This document shows positions 10,382 through 19,717 of a DNA stretch of 64,000 nucleotides, piece by piece. The notes beneath the pieces were generated by a model that had not been told where the DNA came from, did not search any database, and saw only the letters and a program-made list of their open reading frames with translations. The position numbers were made by a program, and so were the translations under genes. The first letter of the stretch is position 1; every line of letters starts with the position of its first letter. The DNA is taken from positions 62,001 to 126,000 of IMG/VR virus record IMGVR_UViG_3300048597_000634. One strand, 5' to 3'.

Positions 10382-11008
10382 ATGTTTTTACCTACTGGCC
10401 AACCTACTGAGATATTAGCTCGACAGTCTAACGATGACTTACGGTTCTGCACTGCCATGCATACTGCTGGTATCCCAGGCGGCTTTCAAACAGCTGCTAT
10501 TTTACTTAGCTATCATGCTTCTCACTCGATGTATGACTTGCTTAATCTAGTAAAGCTGACAGGAAACTTTGGGCAGGCATACTGTGCTTCAGCATTAATG
10601 ATATTACTAGGCAGAGAACTAGAGAAAGAGATGTCTGACTTAGGAGCTCTACAACTAACTCAGTTAGTAGAGACCGCATACAGTCAAGGTTTGCCCAAGT
10701 TAAGTGACTTGCGCCGCGCCCACATTACACCTAAAGAAAACTTACAGGCTATAGCTGACTGGTTTGGCTATGAATCCTTTGTAGACCCATTAGAGATGAT
10801 AGATAACCCTAGGGTGTTTATTAACTGGGCAAAAGACACGTTGGGGTATCAATATGAACTTAAAGGGTTATATCCGTTCCACCATCATGGCTGCCGGGCA
10901 TTTGTAGAGTCTATGTTGTCAGCTATGGGTCAGGATAGAATACCTAAAAGCTTAGGGTTATTAATGCTAAGGTTGTTTACTTCTACCGAGGGTCGTCCAG
11001 TAACATGA
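10382..11008 (+). CDS. Hypothetical protein (baseplate region)
   Basis: Long ORF in the operon, ATG at 10382 (alternative TTG 10361), 4-nt overlap with the next gene. Confidence 0.6.
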   Translation: MFLPTGQPTEILARQSNDDLRFCTAMHTAGIPGGFQTAAILLSYHASHSMYDLLNLVKLTGNFGQAYCASALMILLGRELEKEMSDLGALQLTQLVETAYSQGLPKLSDLRRAHITPKENLQAIADWFGYESFVDPLEMIDNPRVFINWAKDTLGYQYELKGLYPFHHHGCRAFVESMLSAMGQDRIPKSLGLLMLRLFTSTEGRPVT

Positions 11009-12126
11009 TAGAAATCACTCAGGTCAGACAACCTAAACTATCTAAGCTAGCGGGGCTAGCTATAGACCCTAAAGCTCAACGTATAGGATATGAGTCTAAT
11101 ACTGCTTACGAAGTAGATCGTGACCGTAGCCTTGACGTTTTAAAAGGCACTGGGGTATTTACTAAACTATCTATCCAATACGGCGAATCATACCAACAAG
11201 GGCGCGGGCGTCCATCTGTAATTCAATACCGAGACTATGTCTTCTCACTAATCCTGTCTGAGTCTTTATATAACACTCAATATTATGGAGCTCAAACCTT
11301 AACAGGACAGGCGACAAAGGTATGGACTAATTACAATTATAGAGATTTATGGCCTAACTATGACCCTGGGTTGGAGCCTAACTTAGTTAATGGCTGGGGT
11401 CCGCTAGGGTCTATTGCTTTTTATTGCTACTACCTAGGCTCTAATAGTAGTAATGACTATGACTGGTTGTCTTTAATCAAGGGTTGTTTAAGGGTGGCTT
11501 GGGTAACAGTGGGTCAACGTTATCCCAATGAGTCTACTGTTAACCGCCGCCTCGTAGACTTGTTTGAGTGGAATATAGGTTTGACCCGCAAGAAGTCGGA
11601 CTTGTTTGAAGAAGCGTTGACTGCCTACTGGGAATATCCAGAGATACAAAAGGTATTACGGCGCGCAGGGCAACTTGTTAAGCCTGATTTAGTGAGACAG
11701 CGGTTGTTAACAGGAGAGTATGATGCCTATACCTGGGATTTGATTATGTCTGAGGCGCCAGATAAGATACAAGAAGAATTCCAGCAGATTACTAAGAGTT
11801 TGTTGAGCCTTACTAAACCCGGTGGGCTACGCTTGATACTACAAGCTGCCATTATAGAGACTCTACTAGAGATAGGCGAGACATTAACTGAGTATGCTAA
11901 CCAAAGTAAACTACAGGACCTACCAGTGCCTATCAAAGCTCATATTGCTGGGCTATGGGCGACTATAGCTGACGCCAGATTAATCCAGAACTACTTTGAC
12001 CCGGTGCAGGCTAATAGAAGGTTTAAGCGTAATGAGAATCTTACGTTATGGTTGCGCTTAGCTGGGATAGACCGACCTGATTTAGACCTTAACTCCAGTC
12101 AATACCGGCTCAACTTCTTTGATTAA
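11005..12126 (+). CDS. Hypothetical protein (baseplate region)
   Basis: 373-aa ORF tightly packed in the operon; no recognisable motif. Confidence 0.6.
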   Translation: MIEITQVRQPKLSKLAGLAIDPKAQRIGYESNTAYEVDRDRSLDVLKGTGVFTKLSIQYGESYQQGRGRPSVIQYRDYVFSLILSESLYNTQYYGAQTLTGQATKVWTNYNYRDLWPNYDPGLEPNLVNGWGPLGSIAFYCYYLGSNSSNDYDWLSLIKGCLRVAWVTVGQRYPNESTVNRRLVDLFEWNIGLTRKKSDLFEEALTAYWEYPEIQKVLRRAGQLVKPDLVRQRLLTGEYDAYTWDLIMSEAPDKIQEEFQQITKSLLSLTKPGGLRLILQAAIIETLLEIGETLTEYANQSKLQDLPVPIKAHIAGLWATIADARLIQNYFDPVQANRRFKRNENLTLWLRLAGIDRPDLDLNSSQYRLNFFD

Positions 12127-12128
12127 TT

Positions 12129-14348
12129 ATGGCTGTATTACCACAAGATTACGACTTAAATGAGCTGTTATTCCCTGGTGACAGCGGTGCGCCGATTACT
12201 TACGGCTCAGTGGATATTAGTACCGGTACGACTATTACGGCCTCTACTGAAGTGCCCTTAGTTCGCGGGGCTGAGGATAATGCTGTTAACGTCACTATAT
12301 TAGGTGGCGATGTAGGGACTATAAATCCTAACGACTTTAGTGTGACGGCTATTAGTCCTGATCGTGAGACTTCTGTTAGGTTGCCAGTACAAGGAATTAC
12401 TGCTGCGACCCAGCCTAATTCATTTAAGTTAACTCCAGGATTACCTGAAAACTTCGTAGATGGCTCGCAGGTTGTTGTTAGTTATTTAGGTGCAGAGAGT
12501 AATAGTTTGCCTGTGGCAAATGGCACTTACCCTACACTGCCTGTTTATGAGGCTAATCAAGCGTCGGAAGAACTATTAGGGTTATATGCTCAAGCTGGTG
12601 CTGCTTTGAGCGGAGCCGGTGGTGGCGGTCAGTCTGATAATGGAACCCTAGAAGGCATATTAGCTGCTTCCGGTAAAGTGACTATTGACGCTAAAGATGA
12701 CATCTTAAGGAAAGAAGCGCTAAGGGGTGCAGCTAAAGAGACTGCTACTCGTTATGGTGGCTTAACCGAATTATTAAATGGCAATCATATAGCTGATGAA
12801 GTTCTTAAACTAGGGCTTTGGACTGCCAGCATGGGATTAGGCAACTTAGATGTAGCCGACCAATTCAGGAAATATAAGACTACGTTGGCCTATTCTATGT
12901 CTCGGCTGGGCTTCATTATGAAGAAGTATGACTTCACCAATAAAGGTAGTGTAGTCGTGCAGAGCTCTAACGCGTATAACTCATCTGCTCAGAGTCACAG
13001 GTTTAATTCTGGGACTGTATTTGACATATATGCTCCTACAACGATGATTAACACTGAATATTTAATTCAGCAGTCGTCTAATGCTACGTTGAGACAAACG
13101 GGGATTGACCAGCTAAGTTGTTTTTATCGGTGGCATCGCGCAGAAGAAGCGATGATTAACCAGACTAAAAAAATATATAACTACACTACTGACCAAGTAA
13201 TTAATGGAGGCAATGCCTTAGATGAGGTTTATAACGTAGCCACTTATAAATACTTAGATGGAGTTAATGTTCATATTGGCGGGTTTGGTTCGCCATTGGG
13301 CGGCGGAATTGGTGGGGCAATTGGCGGCGCCGTAGGTGGAGCGGTTGGCGGGGCAATTGGCGGAGCTGTAGGTAGTGCTGCTAGTGGAGGCGGTGGCAGT
13401 GGGGGTGGTGGAGGCTCAAGTTCTGGCGGTGGAGGCTCAAGTTCTGGCGGTGGTGGCGGCAGCGGGGAATTCTCTTTAGATGGGACAGAAGAAAGTATAA
13501 GTCTAGATGGTGTAGAGTCTGCGTTAGGTGGCGCTGGTGATGTTGCAGGGTCAGCAGTTAATGCTGGTATTGATGCAGCACAAGGCGGTATTGATGCGCT
13601 CACAGGTGGTGAGTTACCGGGCTTGACAGACCCTATCAAATCTAACTATACGCTTAGCGCTACAGGTAACGTTAACCTGTTTAGTCTATTAGGGCGGCTA
13701 TTAGTAAAAGCCAAAGACTCAGTTTTGGCTATGGCTGAGAATATAGTCTTAGATGCTACTAAAGATATATTTATCCGAGCTGCTGAAAAACTGGCATTAG
13801 AATCTAAGCACAATCTTAATATCACCTGTAGAGAAGGACAGTTAATCATAGACGCCGAAGAGATTATCTTTAGAAGTCCACGCCCAATCCAATTTAACAT
13901 TGGTGAAGGGCCTATGTATATGCAAGAAACCATTGCCGGGCTATATGAAATAGAGAACCCAGACTTAATGAGACTGCCTGAGCTATTTGTCACTGCAGTA
14001 GAAGACTTAGCTCCTATTGATGAAATACCGGCTGAGGGTGGCGAGGCTATTGGTGTAGAGGGCCCTGCAGAAGGTGGCGGGCGCCCTCATGCTGGCGTTG
14101 CTGCTGGAGCTATTGATGAGATACCTGCTGAGGGGGCTGTACCAATTGAGGTAGAGGAAGTAGAAGAATTAATAACTGAAGGACCACTTATTAAATATGT
14201 GGTTATTGTAGAGCAGACCCCAGACCCTTCTCCTGGCATGATTACTTCACCCTATCCATTAATGGGGTACCCAACTTCGCCGCTGCCTGCCCCAGTAGCC
14301 CAACCTAATAATGGTATTGTTGCCAGTCCTGTTTACCCAGCTGCTTAA
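12129..14348 (+). CDS. Spike/needle-like beta-helix protein with Gly-rich linker (VgrG/gp5 C-terminal-like)
   Basis: Short beta-strand repeats LSATGNVNLFS/LDATKDIFIRAAEKLALESKHNLNITC, GGAIGGAVGG repeats, acidic Pro-rich tail. Confidence 0.5.
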   Translation: MAVLPQDYDLNELLFPGDSGAPITYGSVDISTGTTITASTEVPLVRGAEDNAVNVTILGGDVGTINPNDFSVTAISPDRETSVRLPVQGITAATQPNSFKLTPGLPENFVDGSQVVVSYLGAESNSLPVANGTYPTLPVYEANQASEELLGLYAQAGAALSGAGGGGQSDNGTLEGILAASGKVTIDAKDDILRKEALRGAAKETATRYGGLTELLNGNHIADEVLKLGLWTASMGLGNLDVADQFRKYKTTLAYSMSRLGFIMKKYDFTNKGSVVVQSSNAYNSSAQSHRFNSGTVFDIYAPTTMINTEYLIQQSSNATLRQTGIDQLSCFYRWHRAEEAMINQTKKIYNYTTDQVINGGNALDEVYNVATYKYLDGVNVHIGGFGSPLGGGIGGAIGGAVGGAVGGAIGGAVGSAASGGGGSGGGGGSSSGGGGSSSGGGGGSGEFSLDGTEESISLDGVESALGGAGDVAGSAVNAGIDAAQGGIDALTGGELPGLTDPIKSNYTLSATGNVNLFSLLGRLLVKAKDSVLAMAENIVLDATKDIFIRAAEKLALESKHNLNITCREGQLIIDAEEIIFRSPRPIQFNIGEGPMYMQETIAGLYEIENPDLMRLPELFVTAVEDLAPIDEIPAEGGEAIGVEGPAEGGGRPHAGVAAGAIDEIPAEGAVPIEVEEVEELITEGPLIKYVVIVEQTPDPSPGMITSPYPLMGYPTSPLPAPVAQPNNGIVASPVYPAA
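13407..13448 (+). repeat. 21-bp tandem duplication GGTGGAGGCTCAAGTTCTGGC x2 (GGGSSSG)
   Basis: Exact adjacent copies at 13407 and 13428. Confidence 0.9.
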
Positions 14349-14350
14349 CC

Positions 14351-14632
14351 ATGGATAACATTTATTTACCAGCCCACTTACAAGACGATACTGACCCTGG
14401 ATACAGACCACCACCAACTTATGCTGTGAAAGAGCTATCTGGTCAGTATGCTACTGTTGCGTATCCGATGGGGTTGGGGGAATTAGTTGACTTTTTTTAT
14501 AGCGGGGACAGAGTGTTCCGTGGGATTGTTATTAGGCGCTCAGGTAGTACTCAAGACGCTTTAGTTTTATTAAGTAAGAAGTGTGTGGGGACTGAGCAGG
14601 TGTCTCGTATGTCCGCTGTTAAAGTCTTCTAG
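14351..14632 (+). CDS. Hypothetical protein
   Basis: 93-aa ORF starting 2 nt after the previous stop. Confidence 0.55.
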   Translation: MDNIYLPAHLQDDTDPGYRPPPTYAVKELSGQYATVAYPMGLGELVDFFYSGDRVFRGIVIRRSGSTQDALVLLSKKCVGTEQVSRMSAVKVF

Positions 14633-14669
14633 CCGCTAGGTTGCTAATAGGTCTTTAGTTATTTGTTAT

Positions 14670-15185
14670 ATGGCTAGCATTACTTTACCTATTTCCCAGC
14701 TGGACCAGGCATACGGAGTGGATTTGTTACTAGATGGGTCTAAAGACTTATCTTTGGATACTTATGAGCCTGACTTGGCAGCAGTGGTAGGGCCTAAAAG
14801 TGTAGCTACTAGTCTTCGGCGACGTCTCACTACTACTCCTCAAGGTTTTACTCGTATGGTCAAGACTGTGGATGGGTATCGCGCCGTAGACGAAGGGTAT
14901 GGGTCTATCTTGATGTCTTTCTTGTCAGCACCTATTACTAGTCAATTTTTAGATGCTATTGTCGAGGAGGCAGAGAAGACTGCTTTACAAGACTTACGCA
15001 TTGCTAGCACTCAAGGCAATATTGTCGGTGTAGATATGAGTGAGGTTAAGTTACAGCTATACAGCACTGTGGAGCCTGAACCTATAGGTCAAGTAATTAC
15101 TGGAGAGTTTGACTTAAATGGCTTGCCGGTGGGCACTGTCAATACTAATTACCAATTTGTTCTGCCCTTAGGAGGCTTAAGTTAA
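14670..15185 (+). CDS. Baseplate wedge/sheath initiator (gp25/gpW-like)
   Basis: SLRRRLTT...YGS.L...L.D.RI pattern; immediately precedes the J-like gene. Confidence 0.75.
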   Translation: MASITLPISQLDQAYGVDLLLDGSKDLSLDTYEPDLAAVVGPKSVATSLRRRLTTTPQGFTRMVKTVDGYRAVDEGYGSILMSFLSAPITSQFLDAIVEEAEKTALQDLRIASTQGNIVGVDMSEVKLQLYSTVEPEPIGQVITGEFDLNGLPVGTVNTNYQFVLPLGGLS

Positions 15186-16279
15186 TGGTTCAGTATAATC
15201 CTAAGTCAGTAGAGCAATATCAAGCGGATTATATTCAAGCATTGGCTGATGCTGGGTCAGGTTTGGCTTTTGATGTTACCCAAGGGTCGGTATTATATGC
15301 GTTAGCACGGGGCTCAGCGGCAGTGGCAGCCACCCAAGGAGTAGACCTTAAACGCTTAGCTGAGTCCATTACCTTATCTAACGCTAAGGGCGCCGACTTA
15401 GACGCTTATTCATCCTATGGGATTACTAGGATAGTAGCTGCCAAGGCAGTAGGTTCGGTGTTGGCTATTTCTAGTTCTAATCGTAGCGAGACTATAGCTC
15501 CTGATACAGTGTTAACTGAGCCTCAGACGGCTATTCAGTATCGAACTACGAATACGGCTCCAGTGCGTGTTGGTTACTTAGAGGCTACTATCTCTGTAGA
15601 GTCTATTGAAAGTACCACAGTAGCTAATTTACAGGCAGGCACGCGGCTTTATAGTAGTCGTCATGGCGGTATTCAGTTCATAGTGGGAAATTCCCACACC
15701 GCTGATAATGCTTATTATGGTGATTTAACTGGTGGGCGTCCTCGGGAATCAGATGACTCGTATAGACAACGGATTGCTAATTGGCTTTCGTCTCGGTCTA
15801 CTACTGCTAGGGATAATGTTATGCAGCGCGTTCTTAGCTTCCCTGGTGTTACTAATGCTTATACCCGCACTAAAGCTGGCGGCGTGCTAGAAATATGGGT
15901 TGATATGGGTTTTGCCGAGGGTCAACGTATGAACACCCAGCAACAACTTGAATTGACCCAATGGGTACGTCCTGTGGTCTCTGATGGCATCTTTATAACC
16001 ATAGGGGACATCATCAGGAAGTATGTTGATTTACGGTTTGATGTTAAGCCGTTCTTTAACGCTAACTTAGACACGTTGTCTACTAGGATTACTGACTTGT
16101 GTCGTGCTTATTTTAACCAACAGTTCTTAAACCAAGACTTTCAGGCTGCGCCATTGCTTAGTTTATTAAGACCGCTAGCCCCTAAGGTGTTTTTGGTTAG
16201 CCCTAAGTTTGATGTTTATGTAGATTTGGAAGAGCGGGCAATGTTAGGTACCGTAGACGTTAACTATCAGGTTTATTGA
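15185..16279 (+). CDS. Baseplate J-like protein
   Basis: AKGADLD...GITR..A.KA.G and GGRPRESDDSYRQRI motifs. Confidence 0.9.
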   Translation: MVQYNPKSVEQYQADYIQALADAGSGLAFDVTQGSVLYALARGSAAVAATQGVDLKRLAESITLSNAKGADLDAYSSYGITRIVAAKAVGSVLAISSSNRSETIAPDTVLTEPQTAIQYRTTNTAPVRVGYLEATISVESIESTTVANLQAGTRLYSSRHGGIQFIVGNSHTADNAYYGDLTGGRPRESDDSYRQRIANWLSSRSTTARDNVMQRVLSFPGVTNAYTRTKAGGVLEIWVDMGFAEGQRMNTQQQLELTQWVRPVVSDGIFITIGDIIRKYVDLRFDVKPFFNANLDTLSTRITDLCRAYFNQQFLNQDFQAAPLLSLLRPLAPKVFLVSPKFDVYVDLEERAMLGTVDVNYQVY

Positions 16280-16281
16280 GT

Positions 16282-18849
16282 ATGAGTGTTACCAGCAGTC
16301 CTCCTAAACTAGGTTTTATAGATTTTCTATTTACCCATTTAGGCGTAGAAGAAAATCTAGCGCCTACGTTGCTTATAGACTGGGAGCTGTGTTCATACTC
16401 TGATAAAGTGCGGACGTTGTGTCTGAAATATAGACATAACGTAGAACGATTTGAAAGGCTAGAGTTTCAACCGGTAACTAATAAAGTTAAAGTTCGAGCT
16501 CCTTTAAGGGTAAATGGTGGCGCTAAGGTTAGCTCTACTTTGACTTATAGTCGGTACACGGTTGACTTTGAAGCAAGCGATGACCCCACTCAAGTTAGGA
16601 CTGCTTTATACACAGACCCTGAGGACTATAACCTTTACGTTACTAGCCGGACGGTACAGGTAGCTGAACCTACATTACAGCACGTAATCTCTGGGCAGGA
16701 CGAGGAAGAGAATAGGTACCACCAGCGGACTATAGGGTCGGTGCCTGATGTGCGCGGTGTGGCGTTAGAAGTAACAAATACACTGACTGACGCTGACGAG
16801 CCTGAGTCTATTACTAATCCTCGTTTGGTTTCTACTCGATTAGATATACCGGCTAGTAGAGATGGCTTATTGGCAGCGCCAACTATAACCCATGATACTT
16901 CTGCCAAAACGCCTATTAGTATCGCTTGGGGGCTATTATCTGCCTGCTGCTTGGGTAATGACTTGTTAGTATTACACACCTTAAAAGGATTAGTAGCGGA
17001 GTTTGGCAGGCGTTCTCTTGATAGTCCGGGCTTTGAAGAAACGTTTGCGCCGGGTGCATTAGAAGATGATTTACGTAGAGATATTAGGTATAACGCTGTT
17101 TTGGGTTGGTCTATTTGTCATGCTATCCGCTATCTAAACGATAGACGTCCTCTTAATCCCGAACTGTTAAAAGGCTCTTATGTAGAGTTCTTACCGAGAC
17201 TACGGGATTTGTTATTGTCTTTGGGCAGTTTATGCGCTGGCGCGGTGGTCGACGGTCTAGGCTGGTGTGCTGACTCTGTTGAGTATGGTGTTTATAATTA
17301 CGGGGTGTGCTCCAGAGCGGCGTCTTATTGGTCAGCTATATTCTTTAATGAATTGCTGCCTTTGGTGTATGACCAATATGTTCATTTGCAAGCAGCCAAG
17401 TTACATCTGGTTTTATACGAGTATGACCCAGATTCTAATGACTTAGACCCGTTTTTGTTTAAAGATACTGATGACCAGGTTATAGCTGACCGCGCCTGGT
17501 GGTTATGGCAAATTGAAGATGCACCGGCGGTAGCTCATCAATACCTAAAGGATAGCTACGGCGATGGCAGCCAGTTAACTGAGTATGCCAAGGCACTATC
17601 ATCTTACCTCTGGTATAACACTAAGCAGTTTGATACTGAGTCTTTGCCTGATTGGGTGTGGTCGGAGACTAAGGAGGAATATGCTTTAGGCCTATCTGCT
17701 GGTTTAGATACTAGAGAGTATCTGCCGCTTACGTGTCTTATTTATGGCTATTCATTAAAAGCGCCCGCGAACTTTGACTTAAAAGCGCACGAAGCGCAAG
17801 CATTAGTCCAGTGGGTATTGAGTCAGTTAAGGAGGATGTGGCCAACTGGACTACGTTGGGGTTCCACTGAGGTAATTAACACTACTACTTCCTTATTAGG
17901 CTCGCTGTTTAAAGCAGAGGCTTGGCTTTACTTTGACTACTACCTCACTAAGTGTTTAACAGATGACGCTAATTACCTAAGCCGAAGCCAAGGCCCGTAT
18001 AGTAAAGGTTGGTTAGACCTCTATACCATTGCAGACGCCGACCATCTAATGACGGATAGTTTTGGTAATAGTTATGTGGATGATTACATTAACCGTAACA
18101 AGACGGACATCGAGCTATTTATTAGGCTGACTCTTGGGTACAGTGACGCTCTTGTTAAATACTTAAGACCTCGCCCTTATAGTTTGTTAATAGACGATAG
18201 GTTAGTCAGTGACGCGTTGGACAACTATACAGTAGAAGTCAATCAACTCAGGGGTGACCAAGCGTTTAATGAATTAGAGCGGCGTTGTATTGTGTATCAA
18301 CCAGCGTCTAGGCAGTTAGTTAATCGTAGTTCTACACCAAACTCAGCTAGTGGGGTATTAATTAATGACTGGGGGGGATTTGGACCCCGCCGGCGTTCTG
18401 GGTTCCCTTACCGTAACCAATTGGTATCTAGCACTGAATTAGCTGCTCCAGAAGCCATCTTGAGTGTTGAGTATGATGAATTAGCTATAGTGCCTCGACT
18501 AATGTATCCGCCAGGCACGCTAGCGTCTAACAACGAAATAGACTGTTCTTATCCTGAGTGGACTAACCCTGACTTGTATGTACGGGATGGGACTATGCTC
18601 ATTAAACCGTTGGAGCAGTTTGTTCCGGTTATAGAGATATGGTTAGACCGCCCGGCGGGCCCAGATTTGAAGCCAATCTTAGATAAGTTGATTACGGCAG
18701 GTGTGACCTATGTAATTAAGTATGTTGAGTGGCATTATATTGACCCACTGCAGACTATATACATTGGAGATTTTAGGATTACAGTGGCTAGAACTTCGTT
18801 CTACCTAGATTTTTCATCCCATTACACATTGTTGCGCCGGACGTTCTAG
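16282..18849 (+). CDS. Large baseplate wedge/gpI-like protein
   Basis: Follows the J-like gene. LRRMWPTGLRW and C-terminal LDKLITAGVTY resemble gpI/gp48-like motifs. ATG 16282 (alternative TTG 16276). Confidence 0.45.
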   Translation: MSVTSSPPKLGFIDFLFTHLGVEENLAPTLLIDWELCSYSDKVRTLCLKYRHNVERFERLEFQPVTNKVKVRAPLRVNGGAKVSSTLTYSRYTVDFEASDDPTQVRTALYTDPEDYNLYVTSRTVQVAEPTLQHVISGQDEEENRYHQRTIGSVPDVRGVALEVTNTLTDADEPESITNPRLVSTRLDIPASRDGLLAAPTITHDTSAKTPISIAWGLLSACCLGNDLLVLHTLKGLVAEFGRRSLDSPGFEETFAPGALEDDLRRDIRYNAVLGWSICHAIRYLNDRRPLNPELLKGSYVEFLPRLRDLLLSLGSLCAGAVVDGLGWCADSVEYGVYNYGVCSRAASYWSAIFFNELLPLVYDQYVHLQAAKLHLVLYEYDPDSNDLDPFLFKDTDDQVIADRAWWLWQIEDAPAVAHQYLKDSYGDGSQLTEYAKALSSYLWYNTKQFDTESLPDWVWSETKEEYALGLSAGLDTREYLPLTCLIYGYSLKAPANFDLKAHEAQALVQWVLSQLRRMWPTGLRWGSTEVINTTTSLLGSLFKAEAWLYFDYYLTKCLTDDANYLSRSQGPYSKGWLDLYTIADADHLMTDSFGNSYVDDYINRNKTDIELFIRLTLGYSDALVKYLRPRPYSLLIDDRLVSDALDNYTVEVNQLRGDQAFNELERRCIVYQPASRQLVNRSSTPNSASGVLINDWGGFGPRRRSGFPYRNQLVSSTELAAPEAILSVEYDELAIVPRLMYPPGTLASNNEIDCSYPEWTNPDLYVRDGTMLIKPLEQFVPVIEIWLDRPAGPDLKPILDKLITAGVTYVIKYVEWHYIDPLQTIYIGDFRITVARTSFYLDFSSHYTLLRRTF

Positions 18850-18895
18850 CCACTAGGTTATTGGTAGATGAGTGCAGTAGTGAGGTCGAGCTCTA

Positions 18896-19132
18896 ATGAT
18901 CAATTCGGAAAATATATTTCCGGTAGTGGCTGTGGGTGGTGGGTGCGCTGTTATGGTGAGCGCCGCACTAATAATAGCTTTTAAACCTAATCCCCCTGAT
19001 AGTGTCAGAGATTTGATCGTAGGTGGTGGTGGTGTAGCTGCATTGGGTGGTACTGCCTATGGGATTACTTATTCACAGACTAATAACAGAAAACCTACTA
19101 CACGTAAGAAAGCCACTCCTCCCGGCCCTTAA
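18896..19132 (+). CDS. Small two-helix membrane protein (holin-like candidate)
   Basis: Two hydrophobic segments and a basic C-terminal tail (RKPTTRKK). Confidence 0.4.
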   Translation: MINSENIFPVVAVGGGCAVMVSAALIIAFKPNPPDSVRDLIVGGGGVAALGGTAYGITYSQTNNRKPTTRKKATPPGP

Positions 19133-19247
19133 AGCATGATTAGACCTATTCGTAGATTATGAAGGTCAGACTAAGTTGGTAATGCAACGAACGTCATTTA
19201 TTATGAGTTTCTCAACGCGCTGGAGTTTGTCAAGGAGGGCCTTCTAG

Positions 19248-19712
19248 GTGGCTAATATCAGGGCTATAGACATTGATAATACTAGCCTTGTTTACCTTAA
19301 AGCTAAAGGTGTCGGCGAGGACAATGACCCGTTTGTTTCTGTCTTCCAACAAGAATTCCCTGACATCCTAAGTTTTAGAGATGCGTCTCTATCTATAACA
19401 CCAGTGCAAGTTAAAGCCGGCGCCGTGGAATTATTAGCGTGGAATATTATTAACCTTAATACTACGTGCTCCTATGTAAAGTTCTATGACTCCCTTGCCC
19501 CGGCAGTAACTGTCGGCACTACTGTCCCTAAGCTGACCCTTATGATACCTCCAGGTAATTTAGTCGTGCCTGGGGTGTTTTATATGGACCCTTCGTTAAT
19601 AGCCCACGAAAGCTTTACCTCTGGGTTGACGGTAGCAGCCACGTCCGGTCTAGCAGATGACAATAATACCGCCGTTTTTAGCCCAATCCATATAAATTTG
19701 AGGTACCGGTAA
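19248..19712 (+). CDS. Tail-fibre-associated beta-sandwich protein
   Basis: GTG start after an AAGGAGG RBS. YVKFYD...VTVGTT.P motif seen in phage fibre-region proteins. Confidence 0.5.
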   Translation: MANIRAIDIDNTSLVYLKAKGVGEDNDPFVSVFQQEFPDILSFRDASLSITPVQVKAGAVELLAWNIINLNTTCSYVKFYDSLAPAVTVGTTVPKLTLMIPPGNLVVPGVFYMDPSLIAHESFTSGLTVAATSGLADDNNTAVFSPIHINLRYR

Positions 19713-19717
19713 TAGTC

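Noticed and set aside
629-19132. Extracellular contractile injection system or tailocin rather than phage
   Set aside because: Terminase, integrase, RNR, primase and endolysin in the same contiguous region indicate a phage.
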